64,000 nt of DNA from the NCBI GenBank assembly GCA_965203175.1, contig OZ241867.1:2112001-2176000 (forward strand), read 5' to 3'. The notes beneath the pieces are model-generated. The model made no database searches. It saw only the letters and a list, made by a program, of their open reading frames with translations, and was not told where the DNA came from. Position 1 is the stretch's first letter, and every line of letters starts with the position of its first letter. This document shows positions 18,585-27,141 of this stretch, piece by piece. This DNA is from Candidatus Latescibacterota bacterium. GTDB lineage: Bacteria > Latescibacterota > UBA2968 > UBA8231. A program made the position numbers and the translations under genes.

Positions 18585-20363
18585 TTAAGTAAGCGCTTCG
18601 TTGTATTGCAATTGATGTAGGCGGGCGTAGATGCCATCTTGGGCTAGGAGTTCTTCGTGGCGTCCCTCTTCGCGCAACTGACCCCGGTGCAGCACTAAAA
18701 TTTTGTCGGCGCTGCGGATGGTGGATAGGCGATGGGCAATGACGATGGAGGTGCGGTCGCGCATGAGTTTTTCCACCGCGTCTTGGATCCAGCCTTCGGT
18801 CTCGGTGTCGATGTGGGCGGTAGCTTCGTCCAGTACCAGAATGTCCGGGTCGGCAGCTAGGGCGCGGGCAAAGGACAATAGTTGGCGTTGGCCGGCAGAC
18901 AGGGCCCCGCCGCGCTCTTGCACGTCGTGGCGGTAAGTGTCGGGTAGGCGGTCGATAAAGCGGTCGGCGTTGACATAGCGGGCTACCTGCGCGATGGCTT
19001 CGTCCGACAGCTCGGGAGCACCGAGGCGGATGTTGCTGGCAATGTCGCCGGCGAAGAGAAAGACGTCTTGCTGCACCAGACCGAAGCGCCGCCGCAGTGC
19101 TTCCACATTCCACTCGCGGATGTCGATGCCATCGACCAAGATTTGCCCGCGTTGAATCTCGTAAAAGCGGCACAGCAAGCTGATGATGGTAGTCTTGCCC
19201 GAGCCGGTGGCTCCGACTAAGGCCAAGCTCTGGCCCGGCTCGGCGCAGAAAGAGACGTCACGCAGGACCCACTCTTCGCCTTCATAAGCAAACCACACGT
19301 GGCGGAATTCAATGGCGCCGGCGATGCGCTCTTGGCACACGGGACCGCCGATCGGCTCTGGCTTGGCGTCCATCAGTTCAAAGATGCGCTCGGAAGAGGC
19401 CATAGCCATCTGCACGGTGGCGTATTCCTCGGCGAGGTTGCGGATGGGCATGAAGAAGCGGGGCACGTATTGCAGCATGGCCACCAAAACGCCCCAGGCG
19501 ATTTCCTCGCGCAGCACTTGGCCGACGCCGTACCACAGCACCAGCGCCATCAGGGCAGCACCGCACAATTCCATAAAGGGGAAGTAAGCCGAGTGGTACA
19601 GGGTGCGCACCAAGCGGGCGTCGAGGTATTCGTCGGTGCCGTGGTTGAAGCGGCGGGCACTGCGCGGCTCGCAGTTGAATAGTTTTACGACTTCTATACC
19701 CGACAAGGTTTCCTGCAAATCGGCACTGAAGCGGGCAAAGCGAGTGCGGGCTTGGCGAAAAGCCTGGAAGGTGCGGTTTTGCAGCCACAGGGTAGCGGCG
19801 AAGGCCACGGGCAAAAAGGCGCAGGTGAGCAGACCCAATTCGACATCGAGATAGTAGAAAATGTAAAACAGGATGGAGGCGATGGTGATGGTTTCGGTCA
19901 CTAGGGAAACCGCGCCGTAGGTGAAAAATTCGTTGAGCGCATCGACATCGCTGGTATTGCGCGCCATCAGCCGACCGATGGGTGTGCGATCGAAGAATTT
20001 GAGCGGCAGGCGCTGTAGGCAGGTAAAAATGTTCAAGCGCACGTCGCGCATGGTCCACTGCCCGACCATGCTGGTGATCCAGCTCTGGGCGTAGCCAATG
20101 GCGAATTGGGCCACCAACAGTGCGGCGAAGAGCAGGACGAGGGTGCCTAAGCCATCCAAGTCACTGGGTACGATGTGCTCGTCAACGGCTATTTTGGTCA
20201 GGACGGGACCGGCTTGGCGGGCTAGCGAGGCGGCGAGGATGAGTACCAACGTCGAGACCGCCCAAGGCCAGTAGGGACGCAAGAAACCCAACAGCCTAGC
20301 CATCAGGCGGAGATCGATGGATTTTTTGTCGATTTCCTGCTCGTCGCGGATGGTTGGCGGCAT
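18585..20363 (-). CDS. ABC exporter ATP-binding/permease subunit (MdlB/YheH-like)
   Basis: GATGSGKT, LSAGQRQ, LDEAT, IAHRLST. Confidence 0.92.
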   Translation of the reverse strand: MPPTIRDEQEIDKKSIDLRLMARLLGFLRPYWPWAVSTLVLILAASLARQAGPVLTKIAVDEHIVPSDLDGLGTLVLLFAALLVAQFAIGYAQSWITSMVGQWTMRDVRLNIFTCLQRLPLKFFDRTPIGRLMARNTSDVDALNEFFTYGAVSLVTETITIASILFYIFYYLDVELGLLTCAFLPVAFAATLWLQNRTFQAFRQARTRFARFSADLQETLSGIEVVKLFNCEPRSARRFNHGTDEYLDARLVRTLYHSAYFPFMELCGAALMALVLWYGVGQVLREEIAWGVLVAMLQYVPRFFMPIRNLAEEYATVQMAMASSERIFELMDAKPEPIGGPVCQERIAGAIEFRHVWFAYEGEEWVLRDVSFCAEPGQSLALVGATGSGKTTIISLLCRFYEIQRGQILVDGIDIREWNVEALRRRFGLVQQDVFLFAGDIASNIRLGAPELSDEAIAQVARYVNADRFIDRLPDTYRHDVQERGGALSAGQRQLLSFARALAADPDILVLDEATAHIDTETEGWIQDAVEKLMRDRTSIVIAHRLSTIRSADKILVLHRGQLREEGRHEELLAQDGIYARLHQLQYNEALT

Positions 20364-22108
20364 TAGAGGTCGCTCAATTCCTCGGTGAGGTGTTGGCGGC
20401 GGTACATGTCGGCGTATAGGCCATCGTGCGCGAGCAATTGGTCGTGGGTGCCCTCTTCGATAATGCGCCCTTCATCGAGCACAATGATGTGATCCGCGGC
20501 CATGACGGTGGAGATGCGATGGGCGATGAGGATGGTGGTGCGCTCGGCCATGATGTCGCGCAGGCGCGTGAGGATTTGCTCTTCGGTGCGGGTATCGACG
20601 CTGGCCAAGGCGTCGTCTAGGATGAGGATTTTCGGTTGTCGCACAACTGAACGGGCTAGGGCCGTGCGCTGCTTTTGTCCGCCCGACAGGGTGACGCCGC
20701 GCTCGCCGACGATGGTGTCCAGCCCCTGGGGAAAGGTCTTGAGGTCTGTGGCTAGTTGGGCTACCTCGATGGCGCGTTCGACGTCGTCCGAGGAGGCCGA
20801 GTCAAGGGCGATGTTGTCGCGGATGCTCTCGGAGAACAGGAAAGTGTCCTGCGGCACGTAGCCGATGGCGCTTCGGAAGGCGCGCATTGACATTTGTTCG
20901 ATGGGTTTGCCGTCGATGAGGATCTGGCCCTCGCCGGCTTGGATGAGGCGGGGGATGAGCCGGGCTAGCGTGCTCTTGCCCGACCCGACCCGACCGACGA
21001 TGGCCAGGGTGCTGCCGGCCGGAATGTGGACATCTATATCGCGCAGCACGGCTTGGCCATTGTACGCAAAGGAGGCGCGGCGGAATTCGATTTCGCCTTT
21101 GATCGCTAAGTCGTCGTCTCGGTACTGGTCGGGCTGGGGCTGTTCTTTGAATACGGACTCGATGCGCAGCATGGAAGCCATGGCGCGCTGGTATTCATCG
21201 ACGATGCGGCCCATCATCATCATCGGGCGGCTCATGCGGATCAAGTAGGCGTTGAAGGCGACAAAGGCCCCCAAGGTGAGCGTCCCTTCGACGACACGGG
21301 TGCCGCCCAGCCACAGGATGAACAACATGGATAGGCCGCTGATGAGGAAGGTGAAGGGGAAAAACGTGCTGTAGAGGTAGATCAGGCTGCGACTGCGCTC
21401 GACGTACTCATCATTGAGCTGGGTGAAGTGGTCGATCTCGCCGCGGCGGCGGGCAAATGCCTTGACCACGCGCATGCCCGAGAGGTTTTCCTGCAAGCAG
21501 GTGCTAATGGCGGCAAATTGCTCTTGGACCATGCGATAGCGCTGGCGCACTCTACTGCCTACGAAGCGCAGGATCACAGTCATAATGGGCATGGGCAACA
21601 GCGCGTAGAGGGTCAGTTCCCAGTCGTACAGGCACATGGCTACCATGCTGAAGCTGAAGCCGAGGATGGCGCTCAGGAACATGCGGAAGCCGTGGCTGAG
21701 GTAGCGCTGCACGGCCTCGACGTCGTTGGTCGCTCGCGCCATCAAATCGCCGGTGCGGGCCTGTTGGAAATAGCCGAGGGGCAAGGTGAGCAGGTGGGCG
21801 AAATAGCGCTGGCGGATGTCGCGCTCGACGCGGTACGAGGTGGAGGCCAAGTGCCAGCGCATGCCAAAGGCCATGCTCCACTGCGCTAGACCCAAGCCGA
21901 CGATGAGGGCGGCGTAGCGCGTTAGGAAAGTCAGATCCGGTGCGGTTTGATCTAAGCTGGCCCGGGCTTGGTCAATGGCGCGTTCGAGAATGAGGGGTAT
22001 GGAGACGGAAATGAGCTGTTCGCCCAGCAAGAAGGTTAGGCCGATGACTAAGGCCCAGCGGTAGGGGCGGAGGTACGAGGCGAACGGTTTGAAGGGATTG
22101 AGACTCAT
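20363..22108 (-). CDS. ABC exporter ATP-binding/permease subunit (MdlA/YheI-like)
   Basis: GRVGSGKS, LSGGQKQR, degenerate LDDAL; heterodimer partner of the adjacent gene. Confidence 0.92.
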   Translation of the reverse strand: MSLNPFKPFASYLRPYRWALVIGLTFLLGEQLISVSIPLILERAIDQARASLDQTAPDLTFLTRYAALIVGLGLAQWSMAFGMRWHLASTSYRVERDIRQRYFAHLLTLPLGYFQQARTGDLMARATNDVEAVQRYLSHGFRMFLSAILGFSFSMVAMCLYDWELTLYALLPMPIMTVILRFVGSRVRQRYRMVQEQFAAISTCLQENLSGMRVVKAFARRRGEIDHFTQLNDEYVERSRSLIYLYSTFFPFTFLISGLSMLFILWLGGTRVVEGTLTLGAFVAFNAYLIRMSRPMMMMGRIVDEYQRAMASMLRIESVFKEQPQPDQYRDDDLAIKGEIEFRRASFAYNGQAVLRDIDVHIPAGSTLAIVGRVGSGKSTLARLIPRLIQAGEGQILIDGKPIEQMSMRAFRSAIGYVPQDTFLFSESIRDNIALDSASSDDVERAIEVAQLATDLKTFPQGLDTIVGERGVTLSGGQKQRTALARSVVRQPKILILDDALASVDTRTEEQILTRLRDIMAERTTILIAHRISTVMAADHIIVLDEGRIIEEGTHDQLLAHDGLYADMYRRQHLTEELSDL

Positions 22109-22139
22109 GCGCTGTTTGGTGGGCCGCTAAGGCCCTACT

Positions 22140-22186
22140 TAGACTATATATGTTTATAAACCGTGTCAAAGCAGGACGATTAGGAG
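22140..22186. repeat. About 47-bp promoter/RBS segment, copy 1 (copy 2 at 25360-25406)
   Basis: TAGACTATATATGTTTATAAACCGTGTCAAAGCAGGACGATTAGGAG; minus-strand TTGACA; 4 mismatches to copy 2. Confidence 0.88.
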
Positions 22187-22196
22187 ACCCATCCAA

Positions 22197-23024
22197 GTGA
22201 ATGCCTTCCGAATGACTCCTGACGAGATTCAGCGTTGGGAGCGCGATGGATATTTTGTGCGCGAGAACGTCTTTTCGTACGAGGAAAACGACCACTTGCG
22301 GCAAGTGGCCGAAGACATTGTAGCGGGGAAGCGCAGAATACCAATGGCCCACATCGACCACAATGCCTTGATCCGAGACGGCAAAGACGCGCGATCTGGG
22401 ATCTATGGTATGCACAAGATCCATCACCCCAGTTGCTACATCCCGGAGTTCCTCGCCCGCGTGCGGGATTCGCGTCTGACCGATCCGCTCGTCGATATTC
22501 TTGGCCCCGACCTTCTGGGCATCAACAACCTCTTCATTTGGAAAGCTCCCGAAATCGGCTTGGGCTTCCCTTGGCACCAAGACAAGTTTTACTTTGGCAA
22601 ACGGTTCAAAACAGCAACGACCGTCGGCACTTGGACGGCCATTGACCCAGCAGATCGCGAAAATGGGTGCCTATACGTGATTCCGGGTAGCCACAAACAG
22701 GCCATTGCCGAACACGACGACATTGAGGGGGCGCAGCAGACGGAATTCAAACTGGCCCGCAATGCCCGCGACGAGGACGGCATTGCCGTGGAAGTTCCTC
22801 CCGGTGCGGTCATCTGGTTTCACTCTCACCTGTTGCACAAAAGCACCAATAACCACAGCCAGCGATTTAGACGCAGCTATGTGTCGCATTACTTAAGCGC
22901 ACAGGCAGAATGGTATAGTCCAGAAAAAGCTGGCAAAGGTCAGCCGGTTATGTGGGTAAGGGGACGAACGTTTCCCGGTAAAGTTCGGGAGGTTACACGA
23001 GACGTTCTTCCCGTTCCCGACTAA
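22197..23024 (+). CDS. Phytanoyl-CoA dioxygenase (PhyH) family Fe/2OG oxygenase
   Basis: PWHQD, ENGCLYVIPGSH, LLHKS..N..RR. Confidence 0.9.
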   Translation: MNAFRMTPDEIQRWERDGYFVRENVFSYEENDHLRQVAEDIVAGKRRIPMAHIDHNALIRDGKDARSGIYGMHKIHHPSCYIPEFLARVRDSRLTDPLVDILGPDLLGINNLFIWKAPEIGLGFPWHQDKFYFGKRFKTATTVGTWTAIDPADRENGCLYVIPGSHKQAIAEHDDIEGAQQTEFKLARNARDEDGIAVEVPPGAVIWFHSHLLHKSTNNHSQRFRRSYVSHYLSAQAEWYSPEKAGKGQPVMWVRGRTFPGKVREVTRDVLPVPD

Positions 23025-23044
23025 GGTTAAGAGAGAGCACATCC

Positions 23045-23566
23045 ATGAAAACGGTCACTCTTGTCGTCGTTCTGCTCTTTTTCGGTGCTCTTCACATACA
23101 AGCTCAGTCAGGGCGTACCGATCAGCATCGCATGCGGGCGGAGCAGCTTAGTTACGAAGAATTCGCCAAGTCTGTGGAGTGGACCAGAAGTCGCTTGATG
23201 GAGTTTCGGGAATTCACCCGTTTGCTGTTTGAACACTGCAATTTGGAAAAGGTGCGCGAGCAGGGTTTGTTCGATACGTACGGACTGCCGAAGGACACGA
23301 CAGTAATTTTCGAGGTTCCTTTAGAGAAACTCGATGAGTACTCCATCCTAGACTGGGCTGTGCAATACATAGGCTTCGAGAACTTAATGCTGAGTATTAC
23401 TGGCTATGGATTGGTCAGTCGAGCGGAGATATTGAGGCTGAAGGTTGAAAACATGAAGCTGTCGAATGCGCCGGCCGACACGACTAGGAAATTGGAGTTG
23501 CGGTACTTGGAAGCGCAGAAGGAGCTTGACGAGTATGAGCGGCCCCCAAAGCTTGGATCACTTTAG
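23045..23566 (+). CDS. Secreted hypothetical protein; C-terminus altered by IS3 insertion
   Basis: Signal peptide ending AQS; the original tail YLATQRWVD* lies at about 24768-24798. Confidence 0.7.
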   Translation: MKTVTLVVVLLFFGALHIQAQSGRTDQHRMRAEQLSYEEFAKSVEWTRSRLMEFREFTRLLFEHCNLEKVREQGLFDTYGLPKDTTVIFEVPLEKLDEYSILDWAVQYIGFENLMLSITGYGLVSRAEILRLKVENMKLSNAPADTTRKLELRYLEAQKELDEYERPPKLGSL

Positions 23567-24426
23567 ATGTGAGTTGGCCGGGTCTCGGCGGGCTGATAGT
23601 TTAGGGCTTGGGCAAATTCATCGGGTGTTTTATATCCGAGGCTACTATGGGGTCGTTGCTGGTTGTACAGGCACCGATAGTCCTCCACGACGACGCGGGC
23701 TTCGGCGATCGAAAAGAAGATTTCTGGCGTAAGACACTCGGCTCGAAAACGGCTATGAAAACTTTCGATGAGGCCATTTTGCCACGGGCTACCCGGCTCG
23801 ATATACAGCGTCTGGATGTCGGCGGCAGCGCACCAATCCTGAATGAGTCGGGCGATAAATTCCGAGCCATTATCCGAGCGCATAAACGCCGGTGCGCCCC
23901 ACGCTTCGACCAGCGCTTGAAGCGTATCCAACACGTGGTCACTGGGGATCGAACGCGCCGGGTGAATGACCAAACACTGCCGGGTATATTCATCTACGAC
24001 CGTCAGCATCTTCACCGGCCGACCGTCGGTGGTTCGATCCAAAATGAAATCCCATGACCAGACATGGCCGGGATAGGCCGCCTGCACCGGAGTGCGCCGC
24101 GCCGACCGGGGGCACCGTTTCCGGCGCTCCACCGGTGGTACGCCTAACCCGGCTTGCCGCCGCACCCGCTGGACGCGTTTGCGATTGACCGTCCAACCCT
24201 CGCGGCATAAGAGCTGATGAATAAGCCGATAGCCCCAGCGCGGATGCTGTTTCGACAAGGTGATAATGCGCTGCTCCAGCCGCTGCCGCCGGTCGGTGGG
24301 GCCTTGCGGCCGATGATAATAACTCGAGGGCGCCAGCCCGACCACAAGGCAGGCCCGCCGCGTCGAGCACATCCCCTGTTCGGCGACATAGTGGACGGCT
24401 CGTTTTTTATGCGACGGGCTTACCAT
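23563..24426 (-). CDS. IS3 transposase OrfB (rve DDE)
   Basis: WSWDF, RSDNGSEF, PWQNGLIESF, RPHSSLGY. Confidence 0.95.
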   Translation of the reverse strand: MVSPSHKKRAVHYVAEQGMCSTRRACLVVGLAPSSYYHRPQGPTDRRQRLEQRIITLSKQHPRWGYRLIHQLLCREGWTVNRKRVQRVRRQAGLGVPPVERRKRCPRSARRTPVQAAYPGHVWSWDFILDRTTDGRPVKMLTVVDEYTRQCLVIHPARSIPSDHVLDTLQALVEAWGAPAFMRSDNGSEFIARLIQDWCAAADIQTLYIEPGSPWQNGLIESFHSRFRAECLTPEIFFSIAEARVVVEDYRCLYNQQRPHSSLGYKTPDEFAQALNYQPAETRPTHI

Positions 24427-24695
24427 TTTTTTGCGTTGATCGCTTGCAACACCCGATTATCCAGCATCGCTTCGGCCAGCATCTTTTTCAACTCGGCGTT
24501 TTCTTTTTCTAACGCTTTCAAGCGCTTGGCATCGGCTACATCCATACCGCCGTATTGCTTTTTCCAGCGATAGAAGGTGCCTTCGGCGATGTTATGCACG
24601 CGACAGAGTTCGGCCACCGTTTGGCCGCCATCCGCCTGCCGCAAAATGCGGATAATTTGCTCGACAGTACGAGATTTGCTCCCTTTGCGCTTCAT
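24420..24695 (-). CDS. IS3 transposase OrfA; A7 -1 frameshift site at its end
   Basis: HTH TFYRWKKQYGG, leucine zipper; GCA AAA AAA TGG TAA overlap with orfB. Confidence 0.93.
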   Translation of the reverse strand: MKRKGSKSRTVEQIIRILRQADGGQTVAELCRVHNIAEGTFYRWKKQYGGMDVADAKRLKALEKENAELKKMLAEAMLDNRVLQAINAKKW

Positions 24696-24804
24696 GAGTA
24701 TGCTCCTCGTTAAGAAACAAGAAAATACTCACATCCAAACCTGTCCAGGTTTAAGGGGGCAGGCCAAGTACTTGGCGACACAACGTTGGGTGGATTGACT
24801 GCTC

Positions 24805-25074
24805 CTATATTCGCTTGAGAAGCCGGTCGTACTCGTGATGTGGACCAATCCAGAACCACACGATATCGCCTTCGTCTAGGACGCCGAGGGCACGATAGTC
24901 AATGCTCACGCGTACCGAGTACACCGGACGCCGCTGACTCACGCGCTTGAAGTCCAAGCTGGGATGACGAGGATCCGACACGAAAAACCGATAGGATTCG
25001 CGTGCTTGCCGTTGTACGTGTTCAGGAAGGTGATGATAGGCATCCCAGAAACTCGTCAGTGTAAACGAACGCAC
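24805..25074 (-). CDS. ParE/RelE-like toxin
   Basis: HPSLDFKRV, YSVRVSIDYRALG, WFWIGPHHEYD. Confidence 0.85.
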   Translation of the reverse strand: MRSFTLTSFWDAYHHLPEHVQRQARESYRFFVSDPRHPSLDFKRVSQRRPVYSVRVSIDYRALGVLDEGDIVWFWIGPHHEYDRLLKRI

Positions 25075-25076
25075 GC

Positions 25077-25301
25077 CTATAATTCTTCTATATCGAGAGG
25101 CTGAGTTCGTCCTGTTCGGTGCGCTGCTAGGGCCTCATCGGCCAGCCCCTCCAGCAAATCCTCTGATTCGGAACGGCTAAATAGCTCAGTCCATTGCCGC
25201 TCCGATTCAAGTTCTGCTAGGAGGAAACGCGCAAATTTGTCCTGTTCCTCTTGTGGAAGTTTGGCGGCTCTCTCGAAAGCCTTTTGCAGAAGTTGGGTCA
25301 T
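25077..25301 (-). CDS. Cognate antitoxin
   Basis: Acidic 74-aa protein MTQLLQKAF..LP.EEQD..A directly upstream of the toxin. Confidence 0.8.
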   Translation of the reverse strand: MTQLLQKAFERAAKLPQEEQDKFARFLLAELESERQWTELFSRSESEDLLEGLADEALAAHRTGRTQPLDIEEL

Positions 25302-25359
25302 CTGTTTTTGCTCCTCGCTTTTAATTGTCCGATTTGCGCTCTACGGACTGTGCTCAAAC

Positions 25360-25406
25360 TAGATTATACATGTTCATAAACCGTGTCAAAGCAAGACGAT
25401 TAGGAG
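25360..25406. repeat. About 47-bp promoter/RBS segment, copy 2
   Basis: TAGATTATACATGTTCATAAACCGTGTCAAAGCAAGACGATTAGGAG. Confidence 0.88.
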
Positions 25407-25409
25407 CCT

Positions 25410-25655
25410 ATGGAAATCCCTCATAAACAAGTCGAGACACTTCTTCGCGAAGCGTCCGAGCAAAAAATCATGCCTCTCTGGCAAAATCTCAGACAGGGTG
25501 ATGTCGCAGAAAAGACTCCCGATGAAATCGTCACTATAGCGGATAGAAGCTGCGAGTCATTCTTAATGGATCATCTGCCCAAGTTGATGGAGGGGTCGTT
25601 AGTCTTAGGTGAAATTAGTGAAATGCTGTCGGAGGATGACGCAGATGAGAAGTAG
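25410..25655 (+). pseudogene. N-terminal fragment of an inositol-monophosphatase-family gene
   Basis: EKTPDEIVTIADRSCE..L...L....VLGE; truncated before the DPIDGT motif. Confidence 0.7.
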
Positions 25656-26304
25656 CTACGTAGATCTGTACAATCACGACGAGGATGCGGCTACCTATGA
25701 TCGGGATGTGCTTAGATCTGAAGATCCTATTCGGGAGGGCTATACTGAGGTCCTCGACTGGATCGCACAGAACGCTGGCATCACCCAAGACTCGGTCGTT
25801 ATAGAGCTTGGTTCTGGGACTGGAAATTTGACCGCTCGCTTACCGCCGTGCCAGTCTCTTGTTTGCGTCGATGTCTCTGCTGAAATGAGTAAGATCGCCC
25901 AACAAAAGCTCGATGGCGCATCCCATATCTCGTATGTGCAAGAGGATATACTGGAGTACTTCGACGCCGATCCTCCTCCATTCGATGTCGCGCTTAGTAC
26001 ATACGTCGTACATCATCTCACTCAGCAGGAGAAAGAATTTCTATTTGACCAGCTCGTAAGGCGGCTATTGCCTGGGGGACGTGCGCTATTTGGGGATCTA
26101 ATGTTGGGGAGCTCACAGGAAGAACGGGTTTTGATTGATCGCTATCGTTCCATTGGCGACGACGCTACAGCGGACGCCATTGAAGAAGAGTTTTTTTGGC
26201 ACGTCGATGCGTCTGTCGGATACCTGCGTAGTCTGGGTCTCTCCGTGGAGACGATCAGATTCTCCACTCTGTCGTGGGGAATCAAGATTCAGGTGCCAAG
26301 GTGA
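25645..26304 (+). CDS. Class I SAM-dependent methyltransferase
   Basis: IELGSGTG, VDVSAEM, YVVHHL, LLPGG; GGAGG upstream of ATG 25645. Confidence 0.88.
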   Translation: MRSSYVDLYNHDEDAATYDRDVLRSEDPIREGYTEVLDWIAQNAGITQDSVVIELGSGTGNLTARLPPCQSLVCVDVSAEMSKIAQQKLDGASHISYVQEDILEYFDADPPPFDVALSTYVVHHLTQQEKEFLFDQLVRRLLPGGRALFGDLMLGSSQEERVLIDRYRSIGDDATADAIEEEFFWHVDASVGYLRSLGLSVETIRFSTLSWGIKIQVPR

Positions 26305-26311
26305 ACTGGCT

Positions 26312-27118
26312 ATGAACAGCATGCACGATTCCAACCGACGTCACTGGAACGAAGCCGCTAAGCAGTGGGAGTGGCTTCGCGACAAGGACGGATTGTGGCA
26401 GCGTTGCCCCAACGAGCCTGATCTCGGCTTTGCCGGCGGCGCGCTTCAACTGATTCGCGAGGCTGCCGGCAATATAGCGGGCAAGGATGTGTGCGTCATT
26501 GGCAGCGGCGATAACTACGCGGCGTTTGCCCTTGCTGGAATGGGGGCAAACGTCACGTCGATAGATATCTCTGAGCAGCAGCTAGAAGTGGCCGCTAGAC
26601 GAGCGGAGCAGCTAGGGTTATCTATCGCCTTCGTGCAAGCCGATGCTGCCGAGCTAAAGTCTATAGGAGATGAGGGGTTCGACCTAGTCTGTTCTTCTAA
26701 CGGGTTTTTCGTTTGGATTGCAGATTTGCACTCGGTTTTCAATGAGATCTTTCGCATCCTGCGTCTAGGGGGCCACTACGTCTTCTATGATATTCATCCG
26801 TTCCAGCGGCCTTGGAAAGATCAGGTTAGACCGATTGAGGTTGAGAAGCCCTATTGGGAAACTGGGTCCATTGAGAGCGAGAAGAATGGCACATTTGAGT
26901 TCAACTGGACACTGGCGGACATTCTCAATCCCGTGGCGACCTCGGGATTCATCTTGCGGCAAATTTTGGAGCGTCCTGCTGAGGATTCGAGATACTGGCA
27001 GGACTCTTCATATCTGTCGGGGACTGATGAGCGTCTGTTGGACTGGAACGAGAACCCCCGGGCCGCACTGCCAGTCTGGCTCACAGTAGCTTTGCAGAGG
27101 CCAGCGCAATACAAGTAG
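26312..27118 (+). CDS. Class I SAM-dependent methyltransferase
   Basis: VCVIGSG, SIDISEQQL, FDLV, RILRLGG. Confidence 0.85.
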   Translation: MNSMHDSNRRHWNEAAKQWEWLRDKDGLWQRCPNEPDLGFAGGALQLIREAAGNIAGKDVCVIGSGDNYAAFALAGMGANVTSIDISEQQLEVAARRAEQLGLSIAFVQADAAELKSIGDEGFDLVCSSNGFFVWIADLHSVFNEIFRILRLGGHYVFYDIHPFQRPWKDQVRPIEVEKPYWETGSIESEKNGTFEFNWTLADILNPVATSGFILRQILERPAEDSRYWQDSSYLSGTDERLLDWNENPRAALPVWLTVALQRPAQYK

Positions 27119-27141
27119 CGACAAAGGCCGCTTCGTTGCTC

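Larger units (their letters stand above)
23536..24766 (-). mobile_element. Complete IS3-family insertion sequence, 1231 bp
   Basis: Imperfect TIRs TGAGCGGCCCCCAAAGCTTGGA / TGGCCTGCCCCCTTAAACCTGGA; 4-bp TSD AGTA (23532-23535, 24767-24770). Confidence 0.93.
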
